NCBI GenBank assembly: GCA_965261595.1
Contig: CBDHDG010000004.1
Location: 384,001-448,000, forward strand
DNA length: 64,000 nt
Reading direction: 5' to 3'
DNA from: a bacterium
GTDB taxonomy: Bacteria; UBA8248; JACPRG01; G963555815
The translations under genes and the position numbers were made by a program. Below the pieces are notes generated by a model. The model was not told where the DNA came from and did no database searches. It saw nothing but the letters and a program-made list of their open reading frames with translations. Position 1 is the first letter of the stretch; every line of letters starts with the position of its first letter. Below are positions 30,697-42,951 of this stretch, one piece after another.

Positions 30697-31320
30697 ATGC
30701 GCACTTTCGTCTATGTCGACGGGTTCAATCTCTATTACGGGGCGCTCAAGGAATCTTCCTGGAAATGGCTGGACCTGCTCGCCCTGTTCGAGAAGGTGCT
30801 GCAGCCCCATCACGATATTCTGGCGATCAAGTACTTCACGGCAAGGGTGTCGGGCACGTCCGGCGATCCGTCCAAACCCCAGAGGCAGGACGTGTATCTC
30901 CGCGCCCTGCGGCATTATCGGCCCCGGGTGGAAATCTACTTCGGCCACTTCCTCAGCCACAAGGTCTGGGCGCCGCTTGCGCAACCGCTTGGGAGCCAGC
31001 GCATGGCGGAGGTGATCAGGACCGAAGAGAAAGGCTCGGACGTCAATCTCGCCGTGCATCTGCTGAATGACGGGTGGATGAACGCCTACGATTGCGCTGT
31101 GGTCGTCTCCAACGACAGCGACATCGCCGAAGCGATGCGCCTGGTGAGACAGCATCATGCTAAGCGGATCGGCCTGATAACGCCGGGAACCGGCCGTCCA
31201 TCCCGCCAGCTGATGGCGCATGCGGACTTTTCAAGGCATATCAGGGACAACGCCCTGCGGCGTTCGCAACTCCCGAATCCGATCCCCGGTGCCAATATAC
31301 GGAAACCTTCGCACTGGTAG
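30697..31320 (+). CDS. NYN (LabA/DUF88, PIN-fold) ribonuclease
   Basis: VYVDGFNLYY, IKYFTA, EEKGSDVNLA, VVSNDSD; acidic catalytic residues present. Confidence 0.9.
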   Translation: MRTFVYVDGFNLYYGALKESSWKWLDLLALFEKVLQPHHDILAIKYFTARVSGTSGDPSKPQRQDVYLRALRHYRPRVEIYFGHFLSHKVWAPLAQPLGSQRMAEVIRTEEKGSDVNLAVHLLNDGWMNAYDCAVVVSNDSDIAEAMRLVRQHHAKRIGLITPGTGRPSRQLMAHADFSRHIRDNALRRSQLPNPIPGANIRKPSHW

Positions 31321-31560
31321 CATGACTTCCGAAGCGTGGCCGTGGACGCCGGCGCCGGAAACGGAGATAGCGAGCGCTCTGTAACACATCAGGCACAATC
31401 CGGGACTGTAGGCGCGCGACTCCGGGGACTCGTAAGGCTCGTTCCCGGAGTCGCCGTTACAGTCCGGCCGCTCCGCGAAGACCCGCTCGGCAAACGCCGT
31501 CCACCCCTTCCGGTCGAACCCGAGCCGGGCATTCATGCCGTCGCAGAAATCCGCCGCGCT

Positions 31561-31995
31561 CGAAGCCGTGGGTGTTCGCGTCGTGCCGAGCGCGACGGGG
31601 AGCTGTGGGGCACGATCCGGGCCATCCACGAGGGCTCTCGTGGCACCTACGCGAGGCGCCTCGGGTGCATGCCGAGCTGGTGGCCCAGGGATGTCGGGTG
31701 AGTCGCAAACGGGTGGCTCGTCTGATGCGTGAGGCGGGCTTGGCCCGGGTGAGCCGACGCCGAGGCACGGGCACCACGCGGGTGGACCCGAGTCATCGTG
31801 CGGTCCCGGACCAGGTCGAACGCCAGTTCCAGGCCGATGCGCCGGATCGCATCTGGGTGGCCGACATCACCTACGTGCCGACTTGGGCCGGGTTCGTGTA
31901 CCTAGCCATGGTGCTCGACGTGTTCAGCCGCCGGGTGGTGGGATGGTCGATGGCCCACCCTCTTCGTACCCAACTGGTGCTCGGGGCGCTCAACA
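31561..31995 (+). pseudogene. IS3 orfB internal fragment
   Basis: Close match to element B orfB (SRKRVARLMRE, WVADITY). Confidence 0.85.
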
Positions 31996-32302
31996 GGTCA
32001 CCGAGACCCCCTTCAGCTTCAGTTGCTGGCTCAGGCGCACTCCCCCCACATGGGATGCTCCAGGGATAAGGCCAGGATCTGCTCCATCACCTCGGGGGGC
32101 ATGGTGAAGGGATGGGAGAAATGAATCGGGGGCAGGTCTTTGAGGCCCTCCCCCCCGTGGGTCTGAAAGCGGCGCTTGTACTCGTAGAACTGGCTGCGGC
32201 TCATGCCCCGTCGCGGTAGGCCTCCGATACGTTGCCCAGGGCCTCGGCCAGTTGCAGGGCGCTGAGTCGATGCTTCACAACCTTCTTCTCTGCCGTTGTT
32301 AT
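31996..32302 (-). pseudogene. IS481-family transposase N-terminal fragment
   Basis: LQLAEALGNVSEA, GMSRSQFYEYKRRFQTHG, EQILALSLEHP; start codon degraded to ATA. Confidence 0.7.
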
Positions 32303-32532
32303 GGCTCCTCCCGCTCTGTCATTCGGGGGTTCTCCTTCCCCCTTTGAAAGATATCATCTGTTCGGGTAGATGCATCGAGCTATTTTACGTGACTGTGAAA
32401 CCCTTATATAATATTGATATATTGGATAATACACATTATTTCGGTTCTTTCTCGGAACTCGCCTTCTGTAGTCCGTAATCAAAATGAAAGCGGATTCGTT
32501 AAAACGCCTGCGCATCCCGGCGAGTCCCTGTC

Positions 32533-33580
32533 GGTAATCGTTCGACCGGGCCGTGATGGGCTGCTGATTCTACCGATTGAGAGTTGGCTTCCAATCTCTT
32601 CTGAGGGGGCGGAGCCAGATGTCCTTCTTGGGTTTGTCATATTGTTTGAACCTGTCCTAGCGCCCGCGTCCCTTGGTGGTTTCGACGTGGATCCAGGCGG
32701 AGGCCATGTAGACGCCGCCGGTGAAGCGCGGGGTCTCGACGGCGGCATATTCGCTCACCAGCCGCCCCCACCTTCACTCTCCGGCAAGTGGCACACCCTC
32801 CACGATGTGTCGCTGAATAGCCTCCGCCCAATGGGCCATGAAATCTTCGAAGGCCTCTCCGAACGATCGAACGAAGTCGTCCGCATCGGATGACAGGGAC
32901 GTCATGCGATACCTTACGGACGCCCGGCTTCCGCCCTCACCGTCCGGGGGTCACACCAACGTCCACCATGGCAGCGGGGTGGTCCGGAACTATGTACACG
33001 AACGACGCGACACCTGTGGCGGGCTCATGTCGCGTCTGGACCCACGTCGCGGTTCCAACACCCTTCTTGGTGGTCTGAAAGACGACGCCCTCTCCCGCAC
33101 CGAGCTCGACCGGATGCACGAAGCACGGGTCCCACCCTTCCACCCACCGTCGCTCACCCTATGCATTGAACAGCGGGAACGCCTCCGCATCCGACAAGAC
33201 CATGCCCACCATGCCCGCCCTCTCTACGTGGACTCGCTCGCCAGTGTCAGTCGCCATGGTCGCTCCCGGCCCGTATGCTGTAGAGTCATGAAATTGCCAG
33301 CGTAACATGAGGGTCAGAACGGACAACCGCGCTACCGTGGAAGGACAAGCTGGACATGCTCCTCGTCGAGGGTAGGTGTTCGAGCAAACCGCCCTTGCGA
33401 CGAGATCGCCTGCCGTCGAAGGCTCGAAGGTTATCGAGAGCGAGTAGGCGTCCATCAACGAATAGTGGACGCCGTCAAGGTGCCCAGCTCACGACCCCTC
33501 ACCCTGCCCCAATCTCATCCGAACAGAACAGGCGGGCTGCGCCGGAGGGTTACCCATCACGGCCTGGCCGAACGGTTACC
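32533..33580. mobile_element. ~1.05-kb segment bounded by 28-bp imperfect IRs, with a DUF4338-like remnant
   Basis: ggtaatcgttcgaccgggccgtgatggg vs cccatcacggcctggccgaacggttacc (25/28); minus strand VETPRFTGGVY...KPKKDIWLRPLRRDW. Confidence 0.5.
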
Positions 33581-33699
33581 CCTGTCGCCCTGGCGAACCG
33601 TTGCACCTTCACCGTAATATAAAAAAGTCCGACCCTGCAACAAATCGCTTATGGTTACGCTCTGGCACCCGGTAACGCCTATCCACGAACCACCGGTCT

Positions 33700-33805
33700 T
33701 GTCTCTTACGCGCCGGAATACAAGCGCGTTTGACGGATGAGTTTTTGCCATGGGAACACCTCCTGCGCACAGTCTGAAGGTGTCCACTGAAACAGGTCAA
33801 CTCCA
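33700..33805 (-). mobile_element. Isolated IS3 left end with orfA stub
   Basis: TGGAGTTGACCTGTTTCAGTGGACACC followed by MAKTH, like element B. Confidence 0.75.
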
Positions 33806-33950
33806 TAACGGTGATCGCGGCGGTCCGCGAAACTCCACGCCGGGGAAGGCGGGCGCGGCCGCGCGATGAAAAAATCTCCGGACATCGGCCTCAGCCTTTC
33901 CCAAGCGCGTCGGAAAGTACGCCGGAACCGGAGAAAGGAGGCAGAACGCC

Positions 33951-34300
33951 ATGGCGAAGACCCTGAACAAGCACATCCGCGTCGATGAAGATCACTGGCA
34001 ACGGATCGAGGACGCCCCCAACGCGCGCGGAATTTCACTGAACCGCTTGATCATCGAAGCCGCGTTGCAGGACGTCAAGAGCCGGGAATGACCGCGAACC
34101 GAGTTTGAACTCTGCGTCGCACGGTCGTGCCTGTTCACCGCGCAAGTCCTCGCGCGCGACCCGATCGCCGCCGGGCGCGAGAAAGAGCTCGAACAGATCC
34201 GCCACGACGTCTCGCAATTGGCTCCGGAACTGCCGGAGAAGACGGTGGAACCGGTGCCGCCCGGCGTCCAGTCTCCAGACATTCCCGAGGGCGATGCCTG
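33951..34300 (+). pseudogene. Ribbon-helix-helix/MobC-like gene, degraded
   Basis: AAGGAGG RBS; MAKTLNKHIRVDEDHWQRIEDA; frameshift and internal TGA; tail AAGREKELEQI resembles 45678-46061. Confidence 0.5.
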
Positions 34301-34603
34301 ATGTTGCCATCGGAATCCCGGCGTCGCACGGACGTGCCCGCAGCCGGCGCAGCGCGTGATCTCATTCTATCCATTGCGTCGCACCCTCGATGATCTCGGC
34401 GATAAGCCAGCCTCTTCTCTTTAGCGCAGCGATGGTTTGATCGGCGGACTGATCACCGCCCAACGCCGAGCGCGGAACAGCAAGGCAAAGCAAATGGCTG
34501 GGGCGGGTCATCGCCACATAGGTATGCAGAAGACGCTGCATATCCCGCTTTCCCGCCCCTTTTCCGTTAGACTTATCCCCAACTAGTTATCTGTTACAGT
34601 CCA

Positions 34604-34850
34604 CTAGAACCGCATTCCGAGATGGAGGAGGCCGGAGTATTCCCGATCATCCGAACCCAGGCCGCCCGCCGAGACCTCGCCGCCGAGCGAGAAGCGGCCC
34701 CAGCGGTAAACCCCGCTCAGACCCGGCAGAACCCGGTTTTTCGCGGACTCCGACCTGAGATCCTCTCCCCATACCTCCAAGGCCGTTTCCGCGCTCTCGA
34801 ACGTCCGCTCCGCATCCAGCGAGCCGCGCAAGGAGAACGTCCACTCCCCC
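34604..34850 (-). pseudogene. Autotransporter beta-barrel C-terminal fragment
   Basis: Amphipathic beta strands ending YSGLLHLGMRF. Confidence 0.55.
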
Positions 34851-35280
34851 CGACGGGCGCGGGTGCGGACGGTGCATCGACGTTTCCGGAATTCCATCCT
34901 CCGCTGGAGGGCGAGGTGCTCGCTTGGTCGCGATTGCCCCCCCACCGCATCAGCCTTCGCCCGGAGGCTCGGCTTCTGCGACTCCCCCTCAAGGGGGGAG
35001 TGATTCCGGAGCAGCGAGGGCATGCCATCAGCTTGTGATTCCCACCCTTGCCGGATACACGCGGGGACAGGAACCAGCGGGAATCCGTCCATCGGGGCTG
35101 AAACGGGGGTTCAATGGGCCTGAAACGGGCCTGCAAGGGTGTTGAAAAGGGGAGGGATTCTCATCGACATTTCCAGTTGATATGATATTCTTGGTAAAAG
35201 AATATGCAATATCTCGTGTATATATACGTTCATCGGTTAGTTCAGCCTCTACATGTTGCGTCTTTTTCGTCAAACATCTA

Positions 35281-38200
35281 ATGCCGAAAACACGGGCCAA
35301 TGAAGACGACCATCGAGCCTCCGGACTCCACGGCCGGGTCCGGCCTTCTCCGCCTCACGTAGCTCGGGCTCCCGCGGGGAGACACCGTTGTCAGGGTCTC
35401 GTGGTCTTCGCCATCGTGCTGTCGGCGCTTCTGTCCGGCGCCGCGGCGGCACAGGAGGACGTCGAGGTATGGGACGGTACAGTGGAGGTGTCGCCGGGCA
35501 CGTTGACGATCGAAAAGGGAAAGAGCCTCTCCTACCGCTTGAGACTTTCCAAGGCGCCGACCTCCGACGGATGGTTTGTCAGGGTGCGCGTCGACGGCGT
35601 GGTGTACAACGACGGCCTCTACAAGGGCATCCGTTGGGTGCCGTCGGTCGGCTGGGAGTTCAATCAGGACAACTGGGACCAATGGCGAGACATTCACATA
35701 ACGGCGCGGGATGACGCTGAACTCGATACGCCGGTGAAATTCACTCATGAAGTGTGGGAGGACGACTCCTTCTGCCCGGTGCACAATGTGGGCCCGGTGA
35801 CGGTAACCGTCACCGACGAAGACGGGACCGGAACGACCACCCCGCCCTCGCTGAGCATCGACGACGCGACCGTGGCGGAGGTCTCGGGAGCGACGGCCGT
35901 GTTCACGGTGACGCTGAGCGAGACGAGCAACCAGGACGTGACCGTGAACTACGCGACCTCGAACGGCACGGCGGCCGCGGGGTCGGACTACACAGCCTCG
36001 AACGGGACGTTGACGATACAAGCGGGTTCCACGACCGGGACGATCACGGTTCCGATTCTGGACGATTCGGTGGACGAGGCGAACGAGACGTTCACGGTGA
36101 CGCTGAATTCCCCGACCAACGCCACGATCTCGGGTGGTTCGGGGAGGGGGACGATCACGGACAACGACGATCCGCCCTCGCTGAGAATCAACGACGTGAC
36201 GGTGATGGAGGCTTCGGGGGCGAGGGCCGAGTTCACGGTGACGCTGAGCGCGGTGAGCGGCCAGGACGTGACGGTGAACTACGCGACCTCGAACGGGGAG
36301 GCGGTTGCGGGGTCGGACTATACGGCCACCGGCTCGACGCTGACGATACAGGCGGGGTCCGAGACCGGAACGATCACGGTTCCGATACTCGACGATTCGG
36401 TGAACGAGCCGAACGAGACGTTCACGGTGACGCTGAGTTCACCGACCAACGCCACGTTGGAGGACGCGGTAGGCGTGGGAACGATCACCGAAGACGACCT
36501 TCCTCCATCTCTACGCATCGATGACGTGAGGACGGCGGAGGCTTCGGGAGCGACGGCCGTGTTCACGGTCAGGTTGAGCAGGGTGAGCGGCCAGGACGTG
36601 ACCGTGGCCTACGCGACCTCGAACGGCACGGCGGTTGCGGGGTCGGACTATACGTCCACCGGCTCGACGTTGACGATACAGGCGGGCTCCGAGACCGGGA
36701 CGATCACGGTTCCGATACTTGACGACGCGCTGGACGAGCCGACCGAGACGTTCACGGTGCGGCTGAGCAATCCGACCAACGCGACGATATCGGACGACGA
36801 AGGGGTCGGAACGATCACGGACAACAACGCTCCGCCCTCACTGAGCATCGACGACGTGACCGTAACCGAGGCTTCGGGGGCGACGGCCGTGTTCACGGTG
36901 ACGTTGAGCGGGGTGAGCGGCCGGGACGTGACCGTGGCCTACGCGACCTCGAACGGGACGGCGGTTGCGGGATCGGACTACACGGCCACCGGCTCGACGC
37001 TGACGATACAGGCGGGGTCCGAGACCGGGACGATTACGGTCCCGATTCTGAACGACGCGGTGAGCGAGCCGGCCGAGACGTTCACGGTGACGCTGAATTC
37101 CCCGACCAACGCGACGATATCGGACGACGAAGGGGTCGGAACGATCACGGACAACGATGCTTTGCCCTCGCTGAGAATCAACGACGTGATCGTGATGGAG
37201 GCTTCGGGGGCGAGGGCGGTGTTCACGGTGACGCTGAGCGCGGTGAGCGGCCAGGTGGTGACGGTGGACTACGCGACCTCGGACGTGACGGCGGTTGCGG
37301 GGTCGGACTACACGGCCACCAGTTCGACGTTGACGATACAGGCGGGTTCCCCGACCGGGACGATACGGGTTCCGATTCTGAACGACGCGCTGGACGAACC
37401 GGACGAGACGTTCACGGTGCGGCTGAGCAATCCGGGCAACGCCACGTTGGAGAACCAGGAAGGTGTGGGAACGATTACCGAAGACGACCTTCGGACCTCT
37501 CGTCCTACGATTCGCGACAGCCGTGCCGATAGCCTCCGACCCACGCTGCGCATCGATGATGCGGCTCCCGTAGCCGAGGCTTCGGGGGCCGCGGCGGTGT
37601 TCACGGTGACGCTGAGCGGGGCGAACAGCCAGGACGTGACGGCGGCCTACGCGACCTCGAACGGGACGGCGGTTGCGGGATCGGACACACGGCCACCAGC
37701 TCGACGTTGACGATACAGGCGGGCGCCAGGACCGGGACGATCCAGGTTCCGATACTCGACGATTCGGTGGACGAGCCGAACGAGACGTTCACGGTGCGGC
37801 TGAGCAATCCGACCAACGCGACGATATTGGACGATGAAGGGGTCGGGACGATCGCGGACAACGACGGTCCGCCCTCGCTGAGCATCGACGACGCGACGGT
37901 AACCGAGGCTTCGGGGGCTGTGGCCGAGTTCACGGTGCGGCTGAGCGAGGCGAGCGGCCAGGACGTGACGGTGAACTACACGACCTCGAACGGGACGGCG
38001 GTTGCGGGATCGGACTACACGCGCACGAGCGGGAAGCTGACCTTCGCTGCGAGCGAGACGGAACAGACGATCACGGTTCCGATTCTGGACGACGCGGTGA
38101 GCGAGCCGGCCGAGACGTTCACGGTGACGCTGAGCAATCCGGTGAACGCTACGGTGGCGGACGACGAAGGGACCGGGACGATCATCGATGCGGTTACGGT

Positions 38201-40019
38201 GTCCTACGGGGCGGCGTCGTACACGGTGACGGAGGGCGAATTCATCGAGGTGACCGTGGTTCTCAGCGCGCCTCCCGGTCGATCGGTCGCGGTTCCGATG
38301 ACGCACATGCCCGACGGCGGCGCGGTCGAGACGGACTATTCGGGGGTTCCCGAGAACGTGCTGTTCGGTCCTTCGGAGACGCAAAAGGCCTTTGCCGTCA
38401 GGGCCGTGCAGGACGCAGAGGACGACGACGGGGAGAAGGTCGTGCTCGGATTCGGAGGCCTTCCCCCGGGCGTGACGGCGGCCGATCCCAAAACCGCCAT
38501 TGTGACCATCGAAGAGGACGATCATGCGCCGGATGCAACGCCGAGGCCGTGGCTGGCGCGGTTCGGACGGACGGCGGCGGCTCATGTGGTGGATGCCCTC
38601 GACGAACGGATGCGGTGGCTGGCGGAGCCGCCGCGCTGCCCGCCGGAGCACGGTCCCCGGTGGCGGTGCAGACCGCCGAGCAAGGAACCGCGGTCCGTGG
38701 TGATCAGCGGTCACCGTCTGGAAAGCGGCACGGCGATGACAGAGGCATTCGGACAAATCCGGGCGGAGGATGGGTCAGACGGCAAATGGACGCGGGATGA
38801 CGGAACGCTTGGGGATCGGGGCGTGGACGCATTCCGGAGCCTGACCGCAAGCGAGATCCTGGCCGGGAGCTCTTTCCATGTATCGTCGGAGGAGGAGGGA
38901 GACGGGCGGAGGTTCAGCTTCTGGGGCCGGGGCGCGTTCTCCCGCTTCGATGGCCGCGATGACGGTCTCAGACTGGGCGGGGACGTCACGACCGCTACGC
39001 TTGGGGCCGATGTTGCGGTCGAACGCTGGCTGGCCGGGATCGTGTTGTCGCACAGCCGGGGCGAGGGGACGTTCCCGCTGGACGGTTTCGAGGGTGAGGC
39101 CGCGTCTTCCCTGACCGGTTTCTATCCGTACCTGCGTTACGAGGTGAGCGAGCGCCTGTCGATCTGGGGCATGGCGGGCTACGGCGCGGGAACGCTGACG
39201 TTTACGGCGGACGACGCTGAGCCGATCGATACCGGCATCGCGATGATGATGGGAGCGGCCGGCGCGCGCGGAGAGCTTCCGTCTCCGGCTGACGGGGAAG
39301 ACCTCTCGCTGACGCTCAAGGCGGACGTACTGGTTCTGCGGACCGTCTCCGATGGGGTTTCCGGCCTGAGCGCGGCAAAGGCCGGTGTCAGCCGGCTGCG
39401 TCTGGGGCTCGAGGGATCATACGAGCTCGTCTCCGAGGGCGGCGAGTGGCTTTCGCCGTTCATCGAGGCGGGCCTGCGCCATGACGGGGGTGATGCGGAG
39501 ACGGGCTTCGGCATGGAGATCGGCGGCGGGCTTCGCTATGCGCACCCGGAACTGGGCCTGACGGCGGAACTCAATGCGCGCGGGCTGCTGACGCACGCCA
39601 CGGACGGCTTTGCGGTATGGGGCATGTCGGGGTCGCTGCGCTACGATCCGCACCCGTCCTCGGAGCTTGGCTTGTCTTTCACGCTCTCCCCGTCCTGGGG
39701 GGCGACGGCTTCGGACGGCGTGGACGCGTTGTGGAAGCGCGGCGCCATGGCCGACCTTGCCGCGAACGACGACGCCGGGCCCGGCGGGCGGATTGTTGCC
39801 GAACTCGGCTACGGATTGCCGGTCCTGGGCGGCTCGGGTACGGGAACGCCCCTGGCCGGGGTCGCGCTGTCGGAGACCGGGAGGGACTTCCGCCTCGGCT
39901 ACCGTCTTGGATTCGGTTCCGCCCTGGACATGGGCATCGAGGGCGCGCTCCGGGAGATCGCGAACGGCAGCGATCCCCCGGAATACGGAATCATGCTGCG
40001 GGGCGCGCTGCGATGGTAG
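35281..40019 (+). pseudogene. Calx-beta repeat autotransporter adhesin, frameshift near 37687 (start uncertain)
   Basis: Signal peptide; seven VTVNYATSNGTAVAGSDY...EPNETFTVTLS units; C-terminal barrel (FWGRG, LRHDGGDAETGFG, ends LRW); tcggac-acacg lacks one T. Confidence 0.85.
35841..38190 (+). repeat. ~330-nt Calx-beta tandem repeats (7 units)
   Basis: Units start near 35841, 36171, 36501, 36831, 37161, 37537 and 37869. Confidence 0.9.
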
Positions 40020-40128
40020 AGGCGGCGGCCGTCGGCAGATGGCCGGGCCGTTGGGGTTTCAGCACCCACTCAACCCGTCTGCCTTGCCCAGCCGCTCAAC
40101 CCCATATCGATGAGGCGATAAGACGATC

Positions 40129-40920
40129 ATGAAAGAAAAATCCAGGTTCGGCTCTACATGGGGCCCGGCGGTTCTTGCGCTGACGGTCCTTTTCATGCTC
40201 GCGAACGGCGGTCCCGCGAGCGCGGGAAGCGGCGATGCCGCTCTCAATTCCGTCCGGGCGGGGACGTACGCCGGCGTCTTCGCCGGCTTCGGTCGAATGA
40301 GCAACCGGATCGTCGATGTCGACGGCTTCGCGAACTGGGGTCATCCCGGTTCGGTTGTCGACTACGACGATGCCGGGTTCGTCGGCGGCGTGCTGGCGGG
40401 GAAGAGGTTCGAGATGGGCGGCGTGCCGTTCCGGATCGAGATCGACGCCACGTTCGGCGACATGTCGGCGAAAACGAACCAGCTCGATCCCGAAGGTCTG
40501 GACGAGACGGCGGAATCGGAGTTTCGATGGATTGTCACGACGCGCGCCGGCGTCGAACACGCCGTGGGGGGCGCGACCGTATTCGCCGGCGGCGGGTTGG
40601 CGGTCGCCCGGATCGCCCGTTCGGTCATTGACATCGATTCCGGCCCGACGCGGGTGGACCCCGACGATTCCTTCCGCGACACGTCAACGGACATCGGCTG
40701 GGTGATCGGGGCCGGGGTCGAGGTTCCGCTGGCCGATGCCTGGTTCCTGCGGCTCGACGGCTCGTACCTGGATTTCGGGTCGAGCACCTATCATGTGAAC
40801 CGCTCCGGCAACAACTCTTGCGGGCCGGGAAACCCTCGAAGGCCTTGCCCTTACAATATTGAAAACAGGCTTGGCGTCGTGCGCCTGGCGATCATGTACC
40901 GGTTCCGCTGGCAGCGTTGA
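40129..40920 (+). CDS. Outer-membrane beta-barrel protein (Omp25/RopB-like)
   Basis: Signal peptide; GTYAGVFAGFG, GWVIGAGVE, WFLRLDGSYLDFG; C-terminal YRF. Confidence 0.75.
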   Translation: MKEKSRFGSTWGPAVLALTVLFMLANGGPASAGSGDAALNSVRAGTYAGVFAGFGRMSNRIVDVDGFANWGHPGSVVDYDDAGFVGGVLAGKRFEMGGVPFRIEIDATFGDMSAKTNQLDPEGLDETAESEFRWIVTTRAGVEHAVGGATVFAGGGLAVARIARSVIDIDSGPTRVDPDDSFRDTSTDIGWVIGAGVEVPLADAWFLRLDGSYLDFGSSTYHVNRSGNNSCGPGNPRRPCPYNIENRLGVVRLAIMYRFRWQR

Positions 40921-41051
40921 TTCAGCGCGCCGGCTCGCGGAACACGGACAGCGACCGTGGGCTCTGTGGAGTTGACACACATAATTGATCCGAACAAAAA
41001 TCAGGCTTATACAAGTCAAGCTATCGAACCTGAGGAGCGGAGGGAGAAGAC

Positions 41052-41423
41052 ATGCCACTGAACAAGCACGGCTGGACCGTAGCTGGATGTATCTTTGTCT
41101 GTCTCGCCGCCGCCCTGTCGTCGAATGGTCCTGCATACGCCGGCTGCATATCGCAGACGTTCGGTCATACCACCTACTACAATTGCGGCGGCAAGTCCGG
41201 CACGTCGCACAAGGTCGGCAACACCACCATCCACAACTTCGGCGGCAAGTCCGGTATGTCGCACAAGGTCGGCAACACCACCATCCACAACTTCGGCGGC
41301 AAGTCCGGTATGTCGCACAAGGTCGGCAACACCACCATCCACAACTTCGACGGCAAGTCCGGCATGTCGCACAAGGTCGGCGGTATCATCGTCCATAGCG
41401 GTTCACTGTTTAATCACCGCTAA
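41052..41423 (+). CDS. Small secreted protein with 18-aa repeats
   Basis: GGAG RBS, signal peptide, Cys pair, about 3.6 copies of GGKSGMSHKVGNTTIHNF (54 nt). Confidence 0.7.
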   Translation: MPLNKHGWTVAGCIFVCLAAALSSNGPAYAGCISQTFGHTTYYNCGGKSGTSHKVGNTTIHNFGGKSGMSHKVGNTTIHNFGGKSGMSHKVGNTTIHNFDGKSGMSHKVGGIIVHSGSLFNHR

Positions 41424-41547
41424 ACATGTCGGCGACGAGCCGTAGATCCATAAGGGGCGGCGCGTTCTCCGTCCCCGCTATCTCATTCAGATCGGGTTCT
41501 TCAGGAGTTGCTTCGGTTCGCGGGCGGGTTGTCCCGGCAAGCAACAC

Positions 41548-42951
41548 TCCCCCGCTCTAGGGTTTTGTTGGACACTCGATTGATCCATGATTCATGGAGA
41601 AAGGGGTGTCGCGATGAACGAACAAAAGCAAGAGGGGGCTTTGGCGGAGGGCGCCCGCAGGGCGAACGGAGCCAAGGCCCCAGGGCATCGCAGTGAGCGG
41701 GGTCGGTTCTCCTGCCAGCGCAAGCGGGAGGCGGTCCTGCGTCTTTTGCGGGGCGAGAGCCTGGAGACGCTCTGCCGCGAGTTGGGCACGACAGCGGCTC
41801 GGCTTTCCGCCTGGCGCGAGGCGTTCCTTCGCGGGGGCGAGGCGGCGCTCAAAGCCCGCCCGGCGGATGAGCGGGCCGAGGAGAACGCCCGGCTCAAGGC
41901 CAAGGTGGGCGAACTCACGATGGAGGGCGAGGTCCTGCGGGAGAAGATCGACCGCCTGGAGGCCGGCCGCCCTTTAGCCGGCAGGAGGTGGAGGCGATGA
42001 GTCAGGCCCGCTTCACCTCCACGGGCAGAGCCTACGGCCTGAAGCGGGTGTGCGCCCTTTGGGGCTTGGCGCTCTCCACGGTCTACGCGCAACGGCGGCG
42101 AGAGGCGGTCCCCGTTCATGAACGCCCCACGCCCAATAAGCGCGGCCCTGTGGGCCCGTGCACCGATGCGGAACTCCTCGGCCACATCCGGCAGGTCCTG
42201 GAGGACTCTCCCTTCCATGGCGAGGGCTACCGCAAGGTGTGGGCGAGGCTGCGCTTCGCGGGCATCCGCACCAGCAAGGAGCGGGTGCGTCGCCTGATGC
42301 GGGAGGCGGGGCTTCAGGCCCCCCACCGGGTGGGCAAACCCCGAGGTCCCAAGGCCCACAACGGGACCATCCGCACCGAGCGGCCCGACCGAATGTGGGG
42401 CACGGACATGACGACGACGGTGACCACCGAGGAGGGGGTGGCCTCGGTGTTCGTGGCGGTGGATCACTGCTCGGTGGACTGCGTGGGGATCCATGCGGCC
42501 AAGAGCGGCAACCGCTTCGAGGCCCTGGAGCCGATCCGGCAGGGGGTCGCCGAGCGCTTCGCCGGCTTGGAGGCGGACGTCGCCGAGGGGCTTAAAGTTC
42601 GTCACGACCACGGCCCCGCCTATCTGTCCGATGACTTTCAGCGGGAGATCGCCTACCTGGGCATGACCAGTTCGCCCAGCTTCGTGCGGGCGCCCGAGGG
42701 AAATGGCTACTGTGAGTGGTTTATCCGCATCTTGAAGGAGAATCTCCTGTGGGTGCGCTCTTTCGCCACCGTAGAGGAACTGCGGTGGGCGCTGCTTGAG
42801 TTCAAGAACCTGTACAACCATCATTGGATTCTCGAGGGCTACGGCTACCGAACGCCGGCCCAGGCAAGGCAGGAAAAACTCGCTCAAGTTGCGGAGGCCG
42901 CATGAGGTCGAATACCCTCACCCGAGTGTCCAATAACCCAGGGGCGGTCCA
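41548..42951 (+). mobile_element. IS3-like element C, copy 1 (1404 bp; orfA 41614-42000, orfB to 42905)
   Basis: Ends defined by comparing four copies; MWGTD, RHDHG, LKE DDE motifs; no target duplication. Confidence 0.92.

Noticed and set aside
22581..31995. IS3 element A split by an 8.5-kb insertion and resuming near 31530
   Set aside because: Only a 3-nt CAT match, no IS end at 31529, and clear homology starts only at 31561
41186..41381. 54-nt repeats as a CRISPR array
   Set aside because: Contiguous tandem units without spacers, in frame within a secreted-protein ORF
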